Shown here: positions 1-12,611 of the stretch, piece after piece
Layout: each line of letters starts with the position of its first letter
How positions within the stretch are numbered: position 1 is the first letter of the stretch
Source of the DNA: Octopus sinensis
Lineage: Eukaryota
DNA length: 64,000 nucleotides
Direction of reading: 5' to 3'
Assembly: GCF_006345805.1 (NCBI RefSeq)
Contig: NC_042999.1
Location: 42,780,001-42,844,000 of the forward strand
Notes under the pieces: model-generated
The model's input: the letters and a program-made list of their open reading frames with translations, nothing else
Told to the model about the DNA's origin: nothing
Database searches by the model: none
Program-made: the position numbers and the translations under genes

Positions 1-333
1 TTGAGAGGGATTCTTTGGGGTTTGAATAATTCACCTCTGGAAACATAGGTGTTTCGTTCAGCATCCTTAAACAACCCTTATTCAGGGACCTTTTGAGCGC
101 GATGGGTTACTCGACCAGAAGAAAAGTCTAACTGGGCCCCACCTGCAAGGTCATGTGCTGTTTATCTTGACATTAGATCACCATGTCGCACACATATGGT
201 TGTGATGCATGTGCCTGCTGTAACTCTTATCAGACAGGTAGTCATGATGGGTATACTGGGCTTCGTAAATTTTACCCCAGTGTCACTTTGATGGCATGAA
301 CTGCTCTCTCACTCAATGATAATAATAATAATA
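1..333 (+). repeat. 3' end of an interspersed repeat ending in an (AAT)n tail, possibly a non-LTR retrotransposon 3' UTR
   Basis: Non-simple sequence ending ...ctctctcactc(aat)n directly before a Dong fragment; no ORF. Confidence 0.35.
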
Positions 334-672
334 ATTGATGTATCAATACCAACAGATGACAATGTTTCCCTAAAATAAATAGGGAAGCTTTCAAAATACA
401 AAGATCTGGAAATAGAGGGAACTCGAATGTGAAGTCTAAAAACAGAAACAATTCCTATCATTAGGTATGATAAAAAAATATTCAGACAAATACATAACAA
501 AACCACCAGGACTTACAAGCATATATAACATACAAAAAGTAGCACTACTAGGCACCGCACACACTTTCAATACAGTAAATATGAGAGCATCACAGCAAAC
601 CACAGCACATACCCAAGGCACACAGCGCTGCGCTCGGTAGTGCAGTGAAAGCACGTGATAAAAATAATACTA

Positions 673-675
<3 letters not shown>
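334..675 (+). mobile_element. R4/Dong-clade non-LTR retrotransposon, 5'-truncated 3' end (restriction-like endonuclease remnant + 3' UTR)
   Basis: Translates to IDVSIPTDDNVSLK*IGKLSKYKDLEIE...KVALLGTAH with stops; (AAT)n on both sides; close homologue of 25246-25597. Confidence 0.8.
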
Positions 676-743
<68 letters not shown>

Positions 744-1013
744 CAACAATAATAATAATTTTATGAAATCATTGGGTCGTAACACGTAATAGCTGTTTCA
801 GAGTATACATACATCATATCTCTTTTTGTTTTTATAAGTATTTTTTATCTAGTTCTTCGTACAGTGTTTTCGTCATAACCGGAGCATCAGCTGAAATTAT
901 CATTAACATTATTAGTTCTGATGCACTGCAAAAAGGACATATTTTGAGTTCGTTTGCATTATATTTCTGGCAAATAAATTATTTAAATTCTCTTCAGTAT
1001 TCCCCCTCAATAA

Positions 1014-1220
1014 GGCGGCGAGTTGGTTGAATTGTTAGCACATCAGACATTTCTCCGGGCTCTTCACGTTCTGAGTTCGAATTCCGTTGAGGGTGATTTT
1101 GCCTTTCATCTATTCGAGGTTGATAAAAAAAAAAACAAGTACCAATCAGGAACTGGAGTTCATGTAATCGAGTAACCTCTGCCTCTAAAATTACTAACAT
1201 TGTTCCAAAAATTACGAAAT
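1014..1220 (+). mobile_element. tRNA-derived SINE family B, diverged copy
   Basis: ggcggcgagttgg head, B-box-like gagttcgaattcc, central gcctttcatc...gataaa...agtacc block. Confidence 0.7.
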
Positions 1221-1488
1221 CTATTCTCTCTCATTAGAGAGAGAATAGATTTTTGAATAGAAATAACAGGACTTATTTATGTTTTTCAGAATATGAAAAA
1301 AAAAAAATGGAGAATTTTAAATAAGGCGGTGCTCCAGCATGGCCGCAGTCAAATGACTGAAACAAGTTAAAGAGTTAAAGAGTATAGATGTTGACGCTTT
1401 CATCCTAACCTTTTACGAACCAGTCAGTGAGTTTCTATATGAAAGCTTGATTTCCTAAAATTAGTAGTCAAATTACTCTCAACCTACA

Positions 1489-1739
1489 GGATCTTTACCT
1501 TTTGATCTACAGATTTAAAAAATAATTTTTTGTAACTAAACACTCTCAAACTTCGCATTCTGGTAGAATGTGTCATATAAAACACCTTTTACTCTTAGCG
1601 TTTTTGAGAAAAGTTTATGTTTATAAACGCTAAGAGTAAAAGGTGTTTTATATGACACATTCTACCAGTATGCGAAGTTTGAAAGTGTTTAGTTACAAAA
1701 GATTATTTTTTAAATCTGTAGGTCAAAAGGTAAACATCC
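1489..1739. mobile_element. MITE with ~115-bp TIRs (GGAT...ATCC) and 8-bp TSD; Merlin- or MULE-like
   Basis: Arms ~1489-1603 and ~1625-1739 are near-perfect inverted repeats; aacctaca at 1481-1488 and 1740-1747. Confidence 0.85.
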
Positions 1740-2002
1740 AACCTACAAGCATACGGTCATTGAAAGAAAGAAAGAAAGAAATGAGCTGTTAGGTAATGTA
1801 ATCGATGTTGCACTACAGAAGTAGAAATGCCTTAAAATGTTTACTGCTAGAACATAGTTTATCTCAGCTTTTTGTGATCAGAGCTAACAATCTAGGGTTC
1901 AGCAACAAAATCAATTGACGAAAAAGTGAGAACAGTTTTGTTTGGATAAGAGGATATATAAAAAATATTTAATGCAATTGTAAAAAAAAAAATGAAGATA
2001 CA

Positions 2003-2401
2003 GGCACAGGAATGGCTGTGTGGTAAGAAGCTTGCTTCCCAACCACATGGTTTCGGGTTCAGTCCCACTACGTGGAACCTTAGACAAGTGCCTTCTACTA
2101 GCCTCGGGCCGACCAAAGCCTTGAGAGCGGATTTGGTAGACGGAAACTGAAAGAAGCCTGTCGTATATGTATATGGATATATCTATGTGCGTATCTCCTG
2201 TGTCTGTGTTTGTCCTCCCACCACCGCTTGACAACCTGTGTTGGTGTGTTTACCTCCCCGTAAATTAGCGGCTCGGCAAAAGAGAGTGATAGAATAAGAA
2301 CTAAGCTTTAAAAAATAGTTCTGGGGTCCATTTGTTTGACTAAAACCCTTCAAGGCGGTGCCCCAGCATGGCTGCAGTCAAATGACTGAAACAAGTAAAG
2401 A
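2003..2401 (+). mobile_element. tRNA-derived SINE family A
   Basis: Head ggc(g/a)cagga.tggctgtgtggtaag, ggttcagtccc box, internal TA/TG tract, tail ...gactgaaacaagtaaag. Confidence 0.85.
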
Positions 2402-2614
2402 TCATCTTGGGAAAGAATTTGGCCATGTGTTACCAGTTCGAAATTATTTCACTTTTCTTGAAATACTCGGCTTGCTGAAACATGCCTATTATTTCTCAAT
2501 AACTTCCTCTCCCCTATCCCACGAAAAAGTCTCTCCTGGTGCATTATAAATAACACTTGACTTGACATAAATGATTCATTGAAGACACAATCTATATAGA
2601 CAATACTATTAACA

Positions 2615-3126
2615 GGCGCAGGAGTGGCTGTGTGCTAAGTAGCTTGCTTACCAACCACATGGTTCCGGGTTCATTCCCACTGCGTGGCACCTTGGGAAAG
2701 TATCTTCTACTATAACCTCGGGCCGACCGAAGCCTTGTGAGTGGATTTGGTATACGGAAACTGAAAGAACCCCATCGTATATATGCATATATATGTGTGT
2801 GTATATGTTTGTGTGTCTGTGTTTGTCCCCCCCCCAACATCGCTTGACAACCGATGGTGGTGTGTTTACATCCCCGTAAACTAGCGGTTCGGCAAAAGAG
2901 AACCGATAGAATAAATACGAGGCTTACAAAGAACAAGTCCTAGGGCCGATTTGCTCGACTAAAAGCGGTGCCCCAGCATGGCCTCAGTCAAATGAAACAA
3001 GTAAAAGAGTAATACCATTAACAGGGGCAGCAGTTGGTGTGTGGTAAGTAGCTTGCTTACCAACCACATGGTTCCGGGTTAATTCCCACTGCGTGGTACC
3101 TTGGGAAAGTGTCTTCTAGTACAAAA

Positions 3127-3185
<59 letters not shown>

Positions 3186-3451
3186 TGTATGTATGTATGT
3201 ATGTATGTATGTATGTATGTGTGTGTGTGTGTATGTTTGTGTGTCTGTGTTTGTCCCCCGCCAACATCGCTTGACAACCGATATGCTGGTGTGTTTCCGT
3301 CCCCGTAACTTAGCGGTTCGGCAAAAGAGAACCGACAGAATAAGTACTAGGCTTACAAAGAATAAGTCCTGGGTTTCGATTTGCTCGACTAAAGGCGGTG
3401 CTCCAGTATGGCCACAGTCAAATGACTGAAGCAAATAATAGAGTAAAAGAG
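2615..3451 (+). mobile_element. Two tandem SINE-A copies (2615-3010, 3024-3451)
   Basis: Both preceded by atac(t/c)attaaca and sharing private variants (attcccactgc, ttgggaaag). Confidence 0.85.
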
Positions 3452-3999
3452 TTATTCTTCTGAAGTTGCAGGTGTTAACAGCTGATCGAGATATTGATTG
3501 AACGAAACCGTAGTCCGGAAATGTAATACTTTTTTCTACTCTTCCCATAGATAATTGCACTGCAGATTGTATACACATGAAATACACTTTCGTATTGACC
3601 ATCTTAAAAGTTTTGAACCATAAGATAAGCAAAATGCATATACATTTGATAACGCAAGCTTGAATGCTTTTAACGTATACACACATTGCACAACACAGAA
3701 TGCAAACAATGAATATAATAGGTATGAACTACTTCAAGAAAAACATTTCAATTCCACCCAGAAAAGTTTACTTAAAACATTCATCGAATAAATGGAAAGT
3801 TTGCTAATACGTATGCTTTAGAAAACCCTCTTTCTTTGAGAACAATAACAACAAAACTACACAAGACGAAAATGGTCCCGTATTCAAAGATAGCCGCCAC
3901 AAATTATAGATCTAGATGCATACTAAAATGCTTTCCTCGGTTTAACAAAGAATATGCAACTTAAAAGCAGAACGAACGATTTGCTACACGAACTAAACT

Positions 4000-4485
4000 A
4001 AGACTGAAATGTGATAATATCCTTCTTCAAAAACCTACTTATATTTGCAAACAAACTAACGAGTCTAGACAGACCTTCAAGGATGAGCTCATTCAATCGA
4101 CTTTCATTGAACTGAACAGGTCCTTCGTAACGCGGACTGCCTGTGAGATCGAATTTCCATCTATGAAGTGTGAAAAGCATTTCTGTGCAATTCTTTTTGT
4201 AATATCACCATTTCCGTACACATCACAAATACCTCGGCAGTTTTGGAACTTTGAGTGAAAGCGAAGAGAAGTGTCGAAAATGCTCATTAAAAAAAAAATT
4301 CCTATTTTAACACACCGTTGTTATATGAAAAGAGGTAAAATTTACTCAATTTTCAGAAATGATAAATAAAAGTTGTAGAGGACAATTAGAGCTAAAAGAA
4401 ACTATTAAAAACTACGAGAAAAATATTTTTCCTATTAATTCAAATAACATTGGAAAGAAACGAATGAATTTATCTGACAACTTGA
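4000..4485 (-). mobile_element. Decayed mariner 5' end (HTH region + TIR)
   Basis: ICDVYG...ITKRIAQKCFSHF...GPVQFNESRLNELI resembles mariner N-terminus; terminus tcaagttgtcagataaattc flanked by TA. Confidence 0.6.
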
Positions 4486-4726
4486 TACTTAGTAAAATGA
4501 TTTTAAGAGTAAAGACTAATATAAAGTAGGCTATGTTCCTGTGCAATAAATGCATGTAAAGAAACGTTCATATAACTTGGTTTTGTGCATAGCCTACGTT
4601 ATATTAGTCTTTACTCTTAAGATCATTTTACTCAGTATCAAGTTGTCAGATAAATTCATTCGTTTCTTTCCAATGTTATTTGAATTAATAGGAAAAATAT
4701 TTTTCTCGTAGTTTTTAATAGTTTCT
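4397..4726. repeat. 139-bp inverted duplication with 52-bp spacer
   Basis: 4397-4535 is the reverse complement of 4588-4726 with ~3 mismatches. Confidence 0.9.
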
Positions 4727-4810
4727 AGCTAGCTATATGACACACGAACCTGCGTTCATTACAACCTTCGAACAGGGGAGGTCAGCCGCTTCACCTTGCT
4801 AGTCAGACAT

Positions 4811-4851
4811 CTGCAGACATGTTTCAGGGTTGTTGCCCTTTATCAATGCAG
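4811..4851 (-). ncRNA. Degenerate minimal type I hammerhead ribozyme motif (Penelope-like relic)
   Basis: Minus strand: ctgca-TTGATAA-aggg caacaa ccct-GAAA-catg-TC-tgcag; all stems pair, core has 2 substitutions. Confidence 0.55.
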
Positions 4852-5014
4852 CGTAGTCAGAGCCAGCAGGTGTCGCTACTGACCGTCTGTTCGAAGATTT
4901 TATTTACCTAGTTCACAGTGGAATATATATATATATATGTATATATGTGTATATATATATATATGTATGTGTATATATATATATATAATTATATATATAT
5001 ATTATATATTATGT

Positions 5015-5225
5015 ATAAAGTTAATCCAAACAAGAAAGCACAAAAAATCACAACAACGCGAGGACGTGGAACAAATATAGTATTATTGGACGCTCAGGAA
5101 AGAAGGAGGGTTTAACGTTTCGAGCGGAGCTCTTCATCGGAAACATAGGAGAAGGAAAGATCCAGAGAAGGGAAGACAGAGGAAAAAAATCGCCAACGGT
5201 ACACACGAGGTCACATTTTGAAAGA
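5015..5225 (-). mobile_element. Penelope-like terminal-repeat fragment with minimal hammerhead motif at 5110-5144
   Basis: Minus strand: gttt-CCGATGA-a-gagc tcc gctc-GAAA-cg-TT-aaac; adjoins a (TA)n tract. Confidence 0.6.
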
Positions 5226-5821
5226 CCGGAAGGAAAAGGGTGAAGAAAGATGTTTTCAAAGACAGAAGAGTAGTATAGTCAAAGACAGCAGAATGGTAGG
5301 AGGGGGAATGTGTGTGTAAGTGTGGATATGTGCGTGCGCGGAGGTTTGCGTGTGTGTGTGTGTATGTGTGCAATGATGACACGTGTGTGTGTATGTGTGT
5401 GTGTGTGTGCGTGTGTGTGTGTATGTGTGTGTGGTTGTAGCTGTAAACAAAGGGCTAGTAGTAAGGCTGGCTAGTTTGTAAGAATAAGGAGTGGTGTTTT
5501 TGTCCCTACCACAGGTCAGTGCTGTTACTTTGAAGTATGTGTGTGTGTGCGTGTATGTATATATATCGTGTGTGTACTTTGTTTGTAGTGTGTGTGTGTG
5601 TGTGTATGTATGTGTGTGTTCGTGTGTGTATGCGTAGAGTTTTGATGTGTGGCGAATAACTGTGCTTTACTTAGTGTGTGTGTGCGTGTGTGCTTGTACG
5701 TGCGTATGTGTGTATATATGTATGTATAATTGTGTGCCGTGTGTATGGGATGTATGTGTGGGTTCATTTGTGTGTGTGTGTGTGTGTATGTATGTGCGTG
5801 CGTGTCGTATGTGCGTGTAGT

Positions 5822-6845
5822 TGCTTAAAAAGCTTAAAATTAACCGAACAACAGTCTGGAAAATGGTCAAGAAATTTCCACAGCTGATCGACTTGGATGT
5901 GGCCGAGAAAGAAGTGTGCGGACCCCTCAACTTATTAACAGTACCAGAGAAAAGACACGGCGAAATCTTCGTCGTTCCTTTATAAAACTGGCTGCAACAG
6001 CAAAAAGTAAACGCGAACATCGATGTACCAAGTGCTGAAGGAAGATCTCAGGACCCACCTCTACAAGATTATCCACCGTCATGAGCTCACGTAAGTTTAT
6101 AAGACCACGAGACTGGAGAAAAGTCGTCTTATCCTGCGTCAGATTGCTGAAGGCATGCTGCTCAACCTGGTGTTCACTGATGAAAAGAAATTTGACATCG
6201 AACAGAGAGTAGACCACCAGAATGACCGACTTTGGCTCCGTCGAGAGTAGACACCTAAATCGACATAAAAAACCAGAGTCAGTTATGGTTTTAGTAGCTG
6301 TGACAGCCACTGGAAGGTCTTCCCTAGTTTGTGTGCCCTCAGATGTTAAAATTAACACCCACCGTTACGTTCGAGGCATTCTGGAAGCTGAACAGTTTTC
6401 ATGGGCGAATGAGCACTTTCGAGGGGCACCTTGGAGTTTCCAACAACACTCGGCACCATCCCACAGCTCCAAACAGACACAATACTGGATTCAAAAATGC
6501 ATTCTGTCGTTCATAGGCAAGGATGTATAGCACTTAAGAAGCCTCGGTTTTAACCCGTTGAATTTTTCTGTTTTGTCCATTTTAGGGACGAGGGTCTCGA
6601 GCTCTCCTCGACGCTCTGAAGGCAAAACTGTGCCAGGAATGGGCTTCGATTCCACAAGAACAGCTGTGTGTCACATGTGAAGCATTCGCACCTAGACTTA
6701 TATATAGTGGTCATATTGAATAAATATGATAGTGTCATTATTGTTTCCTTTACCTCTGCATTGCAAAACTCGGACCCGAAATATAACAATATTTTACTTT
6801 AGCAAAATTGAAAAAGGTTGGTTGCCTTAATCTTGGGACACCCAT
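5822..6845 (+). mobile_element. Decayed Tc1/mariner (maT/DD37D-like) transposase
   Basis: VFTDEKKFDIEQ, SVMVLVAVTATGRSSLVCV...KIN, WSFQQHSAPSH, NPLNFSV motifs with frameshifts. Confidence 0.75.
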
Positions 6846-7310
6846 GAATGAATGAATTCCACTATTTTAAATCCGGATTTGTCCCCGTTAACGGGGGTGG
6901 CCGAATCTATCTCACTCTTACAGCAACTACTCTCACACCATCTCGCCCGGTTTTGGGAGTCCTCCCTCCTCAAGCCAACCCTCCCAATCTCCTTCTCCAC
7001 CTGTTCCCTCCACGTTTTCTTTGGTCGACCTCGCTTTCACGATTCATTCACTTTAAACTCAAGCACTCTCCTCAGAACATGATCCTCATCCCTCCTGAAC
7101 ACATGTCCATACCACTGCTCTGCCAGTTGTTCCACCGATTCCTCCAATCCCAGAATCCCCGTCAAGTCCTCAGTCCTCCATTTATCCAATAGTTTTACAC
7201 CACACATTGCTCTCTCAGTCCTTCTCAGAATTGCCATTTCGCTTTCCCTCAGACACCATGTCTCACTCCCATACAGCATTGCAGATCTCACGCAACTCCG
7301 ATAAACCAGT
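6845..7310 (-). mobile_element. RTE LINE 3' fragment
   Basis: RSAMLYGSETW...WYGHVFRRDEDHVLRRVL...RGRPKKTW; short (ATTC)n tail. Confidence 0.8.
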
Positions 7311-7313
7311 ATA

Positions 7314-7959
7314 TCTATTATATAAAATCCGTTCTGTCTGTCTGTGTGTGTCATCAGGGATCTTGGGTATCCTCCATCCGATGGCGCTCAAATTTGATAT
7401 GTAGATACCGACGGTATCAGGGTGTGTATAAGTCTTGAACAAATTACAAAAATCGATTCCAGGTGAGAATGCGATCGATAAAGCCGTGAGAACGTGCATT
7501 TGTAAAATCGTTTTTCTTGGAATAGAAAAAAGTCTATCTTTATTTCTTGTTTTGTCAGTGTCTCAAATTTAGGTTAAATCAGTGTTTCGCTTGCCCAAAG
7601 TGCCACACAGTGGGACTGGACCCGGAACCATGTGGTTGGTAAACAAGCTACTTACCACACAGCCACTCCTGCGCCTATATATATGTATATATATACAAAA
7701 CTGAGAATGTGTGTCTGTCTGTGTGTTTCCCTAAAACTTGAGAACTACACAACCAATTTCATTCAAATTTTACACATGCCTTACTTAGGGTCCATGTAGT
7801 GTCATGGGGAAACAATTTCTAACTTCTTGCCTAGGGCAAGCCCACAGCAATATCATATCTTCTCCACTATTTCGTCTTACGTGTTAAAAGTGAAAGAAAA
7901 ACATCTCTCTATTGTATGTATATGGATGTGTGTATAATATATAATATATATATATATAT

Positions 7960-8022
<63 letters not shown>

Positions 8023-8597
8023 TATATAGCTGTATATGTATAGCTGATATGTATAGATGTATTTCTATAGATATACATGTATGTCTAGATATATATATAT
8101 ATATATATATATAGATGTACATGTAATATGTACACATATATATACACATATATATATGCATACATATATACACCCATACACACAAACACCCACACACCCA
8201 CACCCACACATACATAAGTGCAGGTGTGGCTGTGTGGTAACAAACTTGGTTCCAAAACACATGGTCCTCAGTTCAGTCCCACTGTGTGGTAACTTGGCAT
8301 GTGTCTTCTGCTATAGCCTGAGACCAACCAAAGCTTGGTCAGTGGATTTTGTAAACAGAAACTGAAAGAATCAATTGTATGTATATGTATGTATATATGT
8401 AAGTCTATGTGTGTGTCTTCGTGTTTCTCCCTCATCACTGCTTCACAACTGGTGTTCGTTTATTTACATCCCCATAACTTACTGGTTTCACAAGAAGAAA
8501 CTGATAGAATAAGTACCAGGCTTATCAAAATATAAAAAAGCACTACGAAGTGTCTCATATTTTTGTTTGCCCACTCAGTTGTATCTATCAATTTATC

Positions 8598-8645
<48 letters not shown>

Positions 8646-9125
8646 GTGTTTGTGTGTGTGTGTGTATGCATATACATATAAATATATGGCGCAGGAGTGG
8701 CTGTGTGGTAAGTAGCTTGCTAACCAACCACATGGTTCCGGGTTCAGTCCCACTGCGTGGCATCTTGGGCAAGTGTCTTCTGCTATAGCCCTGGGCCGAC
8801 CAATGCCTTGTGAGTGGATTTGGTAGACGGAAACTGAAAGAAGCCTGCCGTATATATGTATATATGTATATATATATATGTATGTGTGTGTGTTTGTGTG
8901 TCTGTGTTTGTCACCCTAGCATTGCTTGACAACCGATGCTGGTGTGTTTACGTCCCCGTCACTTAGCGGTTCGGCAAAAGAGACCGATAGAATAAGTACT
9001 GGGCCTACAAAGAATAAGTCCCGGGGTCGATTTGCTCGACTAAAGGCGGTGCTCCAGCATGGCCGCAGTCAAATGACTGAAACAAGTAAAAGAGTATATG
9101 TATACACACACACACACACACACAC

Positions 9126-9156
<31 letters not shown>

Positions 9157-9676
9157 ACATAGTTCTTGAACTGGTACTTCAAGTAACGACTAGGGTAGTG
9201 TAACTGACTGCTTATTGTGATCAATCGTCTGTTGGTTTCCTGTAGCTTTGCTCTCTTTTACAAACCCAGTGAACATATATTTCCTATTTCAAAGAAATTC
9301 AAACAATAGATATAAGACCCAAGTTAAAAAGATTTTCAACAATTCAACTTCTCTGGTTGACATTAAGATGCCCACCCCCAACAGGGGCCTTAACTCTCAC
9401 ATTTTAGAGCTCCATGACCTTCATTTTTTAGGAGCAAAATCTTTTTAACAAGTTCAATAACACTGGAATTTTGGAATATGCGCATAAAAATCAGTAGTAT
9501 GGGATACCTGTGGCATGATTACAATTTTTTTAGGGTGTTTAAAGAGGGAAATAACCTTCATCTGCAATTTTGATGAAATTCGAAACATAGATATTCCAGT
9601 TCATTACAGAAGATATAACAGAAAAGTCTAATTCTTCAATTGAATGTAACCGGGCTACGCCGGGTATCTCTGCTAG
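7314..9676 (+). mobile_element. Non-autonomous Helitron-like sequence(s) with nested SINE-A copies and microsatellites
   Basis: A|TCtattatataaaa start followed by (gtct)n; second similar start near 7690 (homologous to 33051-33330); 3' GC hairpin ccgggctacgccggg then CTAG|T at 9673-9677. Which 5' end pairs with this 3' end is uncertain. Confidence 0.5.
8221..9094 (+). mobile_element. SINE-A copies (diverged 8221-8530; full-length 8688-9094)
   Basis: Family head, core and tail motifs. Confidence 0.85.
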
Positions 9677-9829
9677 TTATATATATATATATATATTTAT
9701 GATTATGTATGTGTGTATAAATGCATATATATGTGTATGTATACTCACACAAATATAACGCACACGCACACACATATATCTATACATATATATATATATA
9801 CATATATATGTACATATATATATATATAT

Positions 9830-10268
9830 ATCTACACACACACATTTATATATATACATTTACACACACATATATTCATATATATATATATCATATATTC
9901 ACACATATATTTATATGCATGAAAGTATATATATATATATGTATATATTTACACACACACATTTATATATATACATTTACACACACATATATTCATATAT
10001 ATATATATATCATATATTCACACATATATTTATATGCATGAAAGTATATATATATATATGTATATATTTACACACACACATTTATATATATACATTTACA
10101 CACACATATATTCATATATATATATATCATATATTCACACATCTATTTATATGCATGAAAGTATATATATATATATATATCTACACACATATTTATATAT
10201 AACATTTACACACGCATATATTCATATATATATATTAAATATTCACACATATATTTATATGCATGAAA

Positions 10269-10270
<2 letters not shown>
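9830..10270. repeat. ~110-120-bp minisatellite built from TA/CA microsatellite, ~4 units
   Basis: Marker gcatgaaagt recurs at ~9917, 10037, 10153, 10261. Confidence 0.8.
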
Positions 10271-10345
<75 letters not shown>

Positions 10346-11140
10346 TGTATGTGTGTGTCATGTACGTATGTATGCATGTATTTATGTATGAGTGTAGGTA
10401 TGTATGCATGTGTGCAAGCATGTATGCATTTATGTATGTATAAATATATACATTGATGCACCTACATAAATAACTTTTTTTTCTTCATTGCAAGCAGACC
10501 GTTTAGGTCGTTAAATTATGGCTTCATGGATCTCGCTTTATTTCACAGACGATATCAAAGTGGCAATGTTTTATTACATTGGTCTGAGCCAATGTGACGA
10601 CTAACAATAGGAGAGGACTTTGTGGCTGGAGACGGGAAGAGGAAAAATTGCCACTACTACTACTACTACCACCATCACGACCATCATCACAACCAACACC
10701 ACGACCATCGCCACCACTATGACCATCACCGTCACTATCACCATCACGGTTGTTACTTCTGCCGCTGCTACTACCACTACTGTTGTTACTACTGTTACCG
10801 CTGCTGTACAATAATAACATTAAGGATATTTTCTTTTATGATGATGATGATGATAATGATGATGATGATGATGATAGAAAAAGAATTAACTAATAAAAGA
10901 AGATAAAAATAAAACGGAGTAAGGAGAAAGAGGAAGTTCCCAAAAATCTACTGAACCAGTAACGTCTGTGTGGTTTCAATCCGTACGAACAAAAAAAAAA
11001 AGCTGGAATAATGGAATGGTAAAGACGTGTGGTATTAACAGAATGAATATTTTGTCGCGAGTTCGTTTCCTTTTGCTGACGATGCATCGTATCCTGTGTT
11101 AAAAAAAATAATAATAATAAATAAATGATAAATAAAACAT

Positions 11141-11305
11141 AGGTTTAGGAGTGGCTGTGTGGTAAGTAGCTTGCTTACCAGCCACATGGTTCCTTGTTCA
11201 GTCCCACTGTGTGGCAACTTGGGTAAGTGTCTTCTACTATAGCTCGGGCCGACCAAAGCCTTGTGAGTGGATTTGGTAGACGGAAACTGAAAGAAGCCTG
11301 TCGTA

Positions 11306-11382
<77 letters not shown>

Positions 11383-12021
11383 TGTGTGTGTGTGTGTTTG
11401 TGTGTCTGTGTTTGTCCCCTAGCATTGCTTGACAACCGATGCTGGTGTGTTTACGTCCCCGTCACTTAGCGGTTCGGCAAAAGAGACCGATAGAATAAGT
11501 ACTGGGCTTACAAAGAATAAGTCCCGGGGTCGAGTTGCTCGATTAAAGGCGGTGCTCCAGCATGGCCGAAGTCAAATGACTGAAACAAGTAAAAGAGTAA
11601 AAGAGTAAACGATAAATAAAACATAGGTTTAGGAGTGGCTGTGTGGTAAGTAGCTTGCTTACCAGCCACATGGTTCCGAGTTCAGTCCCACTGTGTGGCA
11701 CCTTGGGCAAGTGTCTTCTACTATAACTTCGGAGTGGATTTGGTAGACGGAAATTGAAAGAAGTCCGTCGTATATATGTATATATATGTGTATGTGTGTG
11801 TATATGTTTGTGTGTCTGTGTTTGTTCCTCCCCACACCCCAACATCGCTTGAAAACCGATGCTGGTGTGTTTACGTCCCCGTAACTTAGCGGTTCTGCAA
11901 AAGAGAACCGATAGAATAAGTACTAGGCTTACAAAGAATACGTCCTGGGGTCGATTTGCTCGACTAAAGGCGGTGCTCCAGCATGGCCACAGTCAAATGA
12001 CTGAAACAACTAAAAGAGTAA
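11141..12021 (+). mobile_element. Tandem pair of SINE-A copies
   Basis: Both start with ataaataaaacataggtttaggagtggc. Confidence 0.85.
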
Positions 12022-12611
12022 ATAAATAAAAAAAAGCAAAACACACAAAGAACCCTTTTTGCGAGGCGGAACTGCCTTGGAAATATATCATCTGCATACT
12101 AGAAATTTCCTTTCTTTCACTTTCACTTTCCTCTACTGCTAAACAGTCAACAATTTAGGATGAAAAAGAAAGAAAAAGAGTGAAATATGGCTTTTAAACT
12201 CTGAACAAACTCGGTGGATTCTTAAGCCAGTCTTTACTATTGTATGATAGGACCCAAATGATGTGCCTTGAGATATGAAAATTTGAACATAATTTCATGG
12301 TTTAAGTTTTGGAGTTGCCATAAAGCAATGCTTGCAAAAACTGGTGTTTGTAGCACGGAGGTTACATCTGAGGTTATGCGTAGATTTTTTTAGTCGCTAA
12401 GTGGCTAGTTATTCGTGGGCTTGGGAGCAGATTGCGATAAAGAATCAACCACAGTGTTTGCCACCGCGGGAGCTTGTATATGGTTGCTCGACCTGCTAGA
12501 AATAACTGACAAATTTTCATCAACAATAATTTCCTGTCTTAAAGTAAAGGACCCACCTGAATAAAGAAGTTCAGGTTACAAAATACCTGAAAGGAAAAAT
12601 GGTTGGGATTT

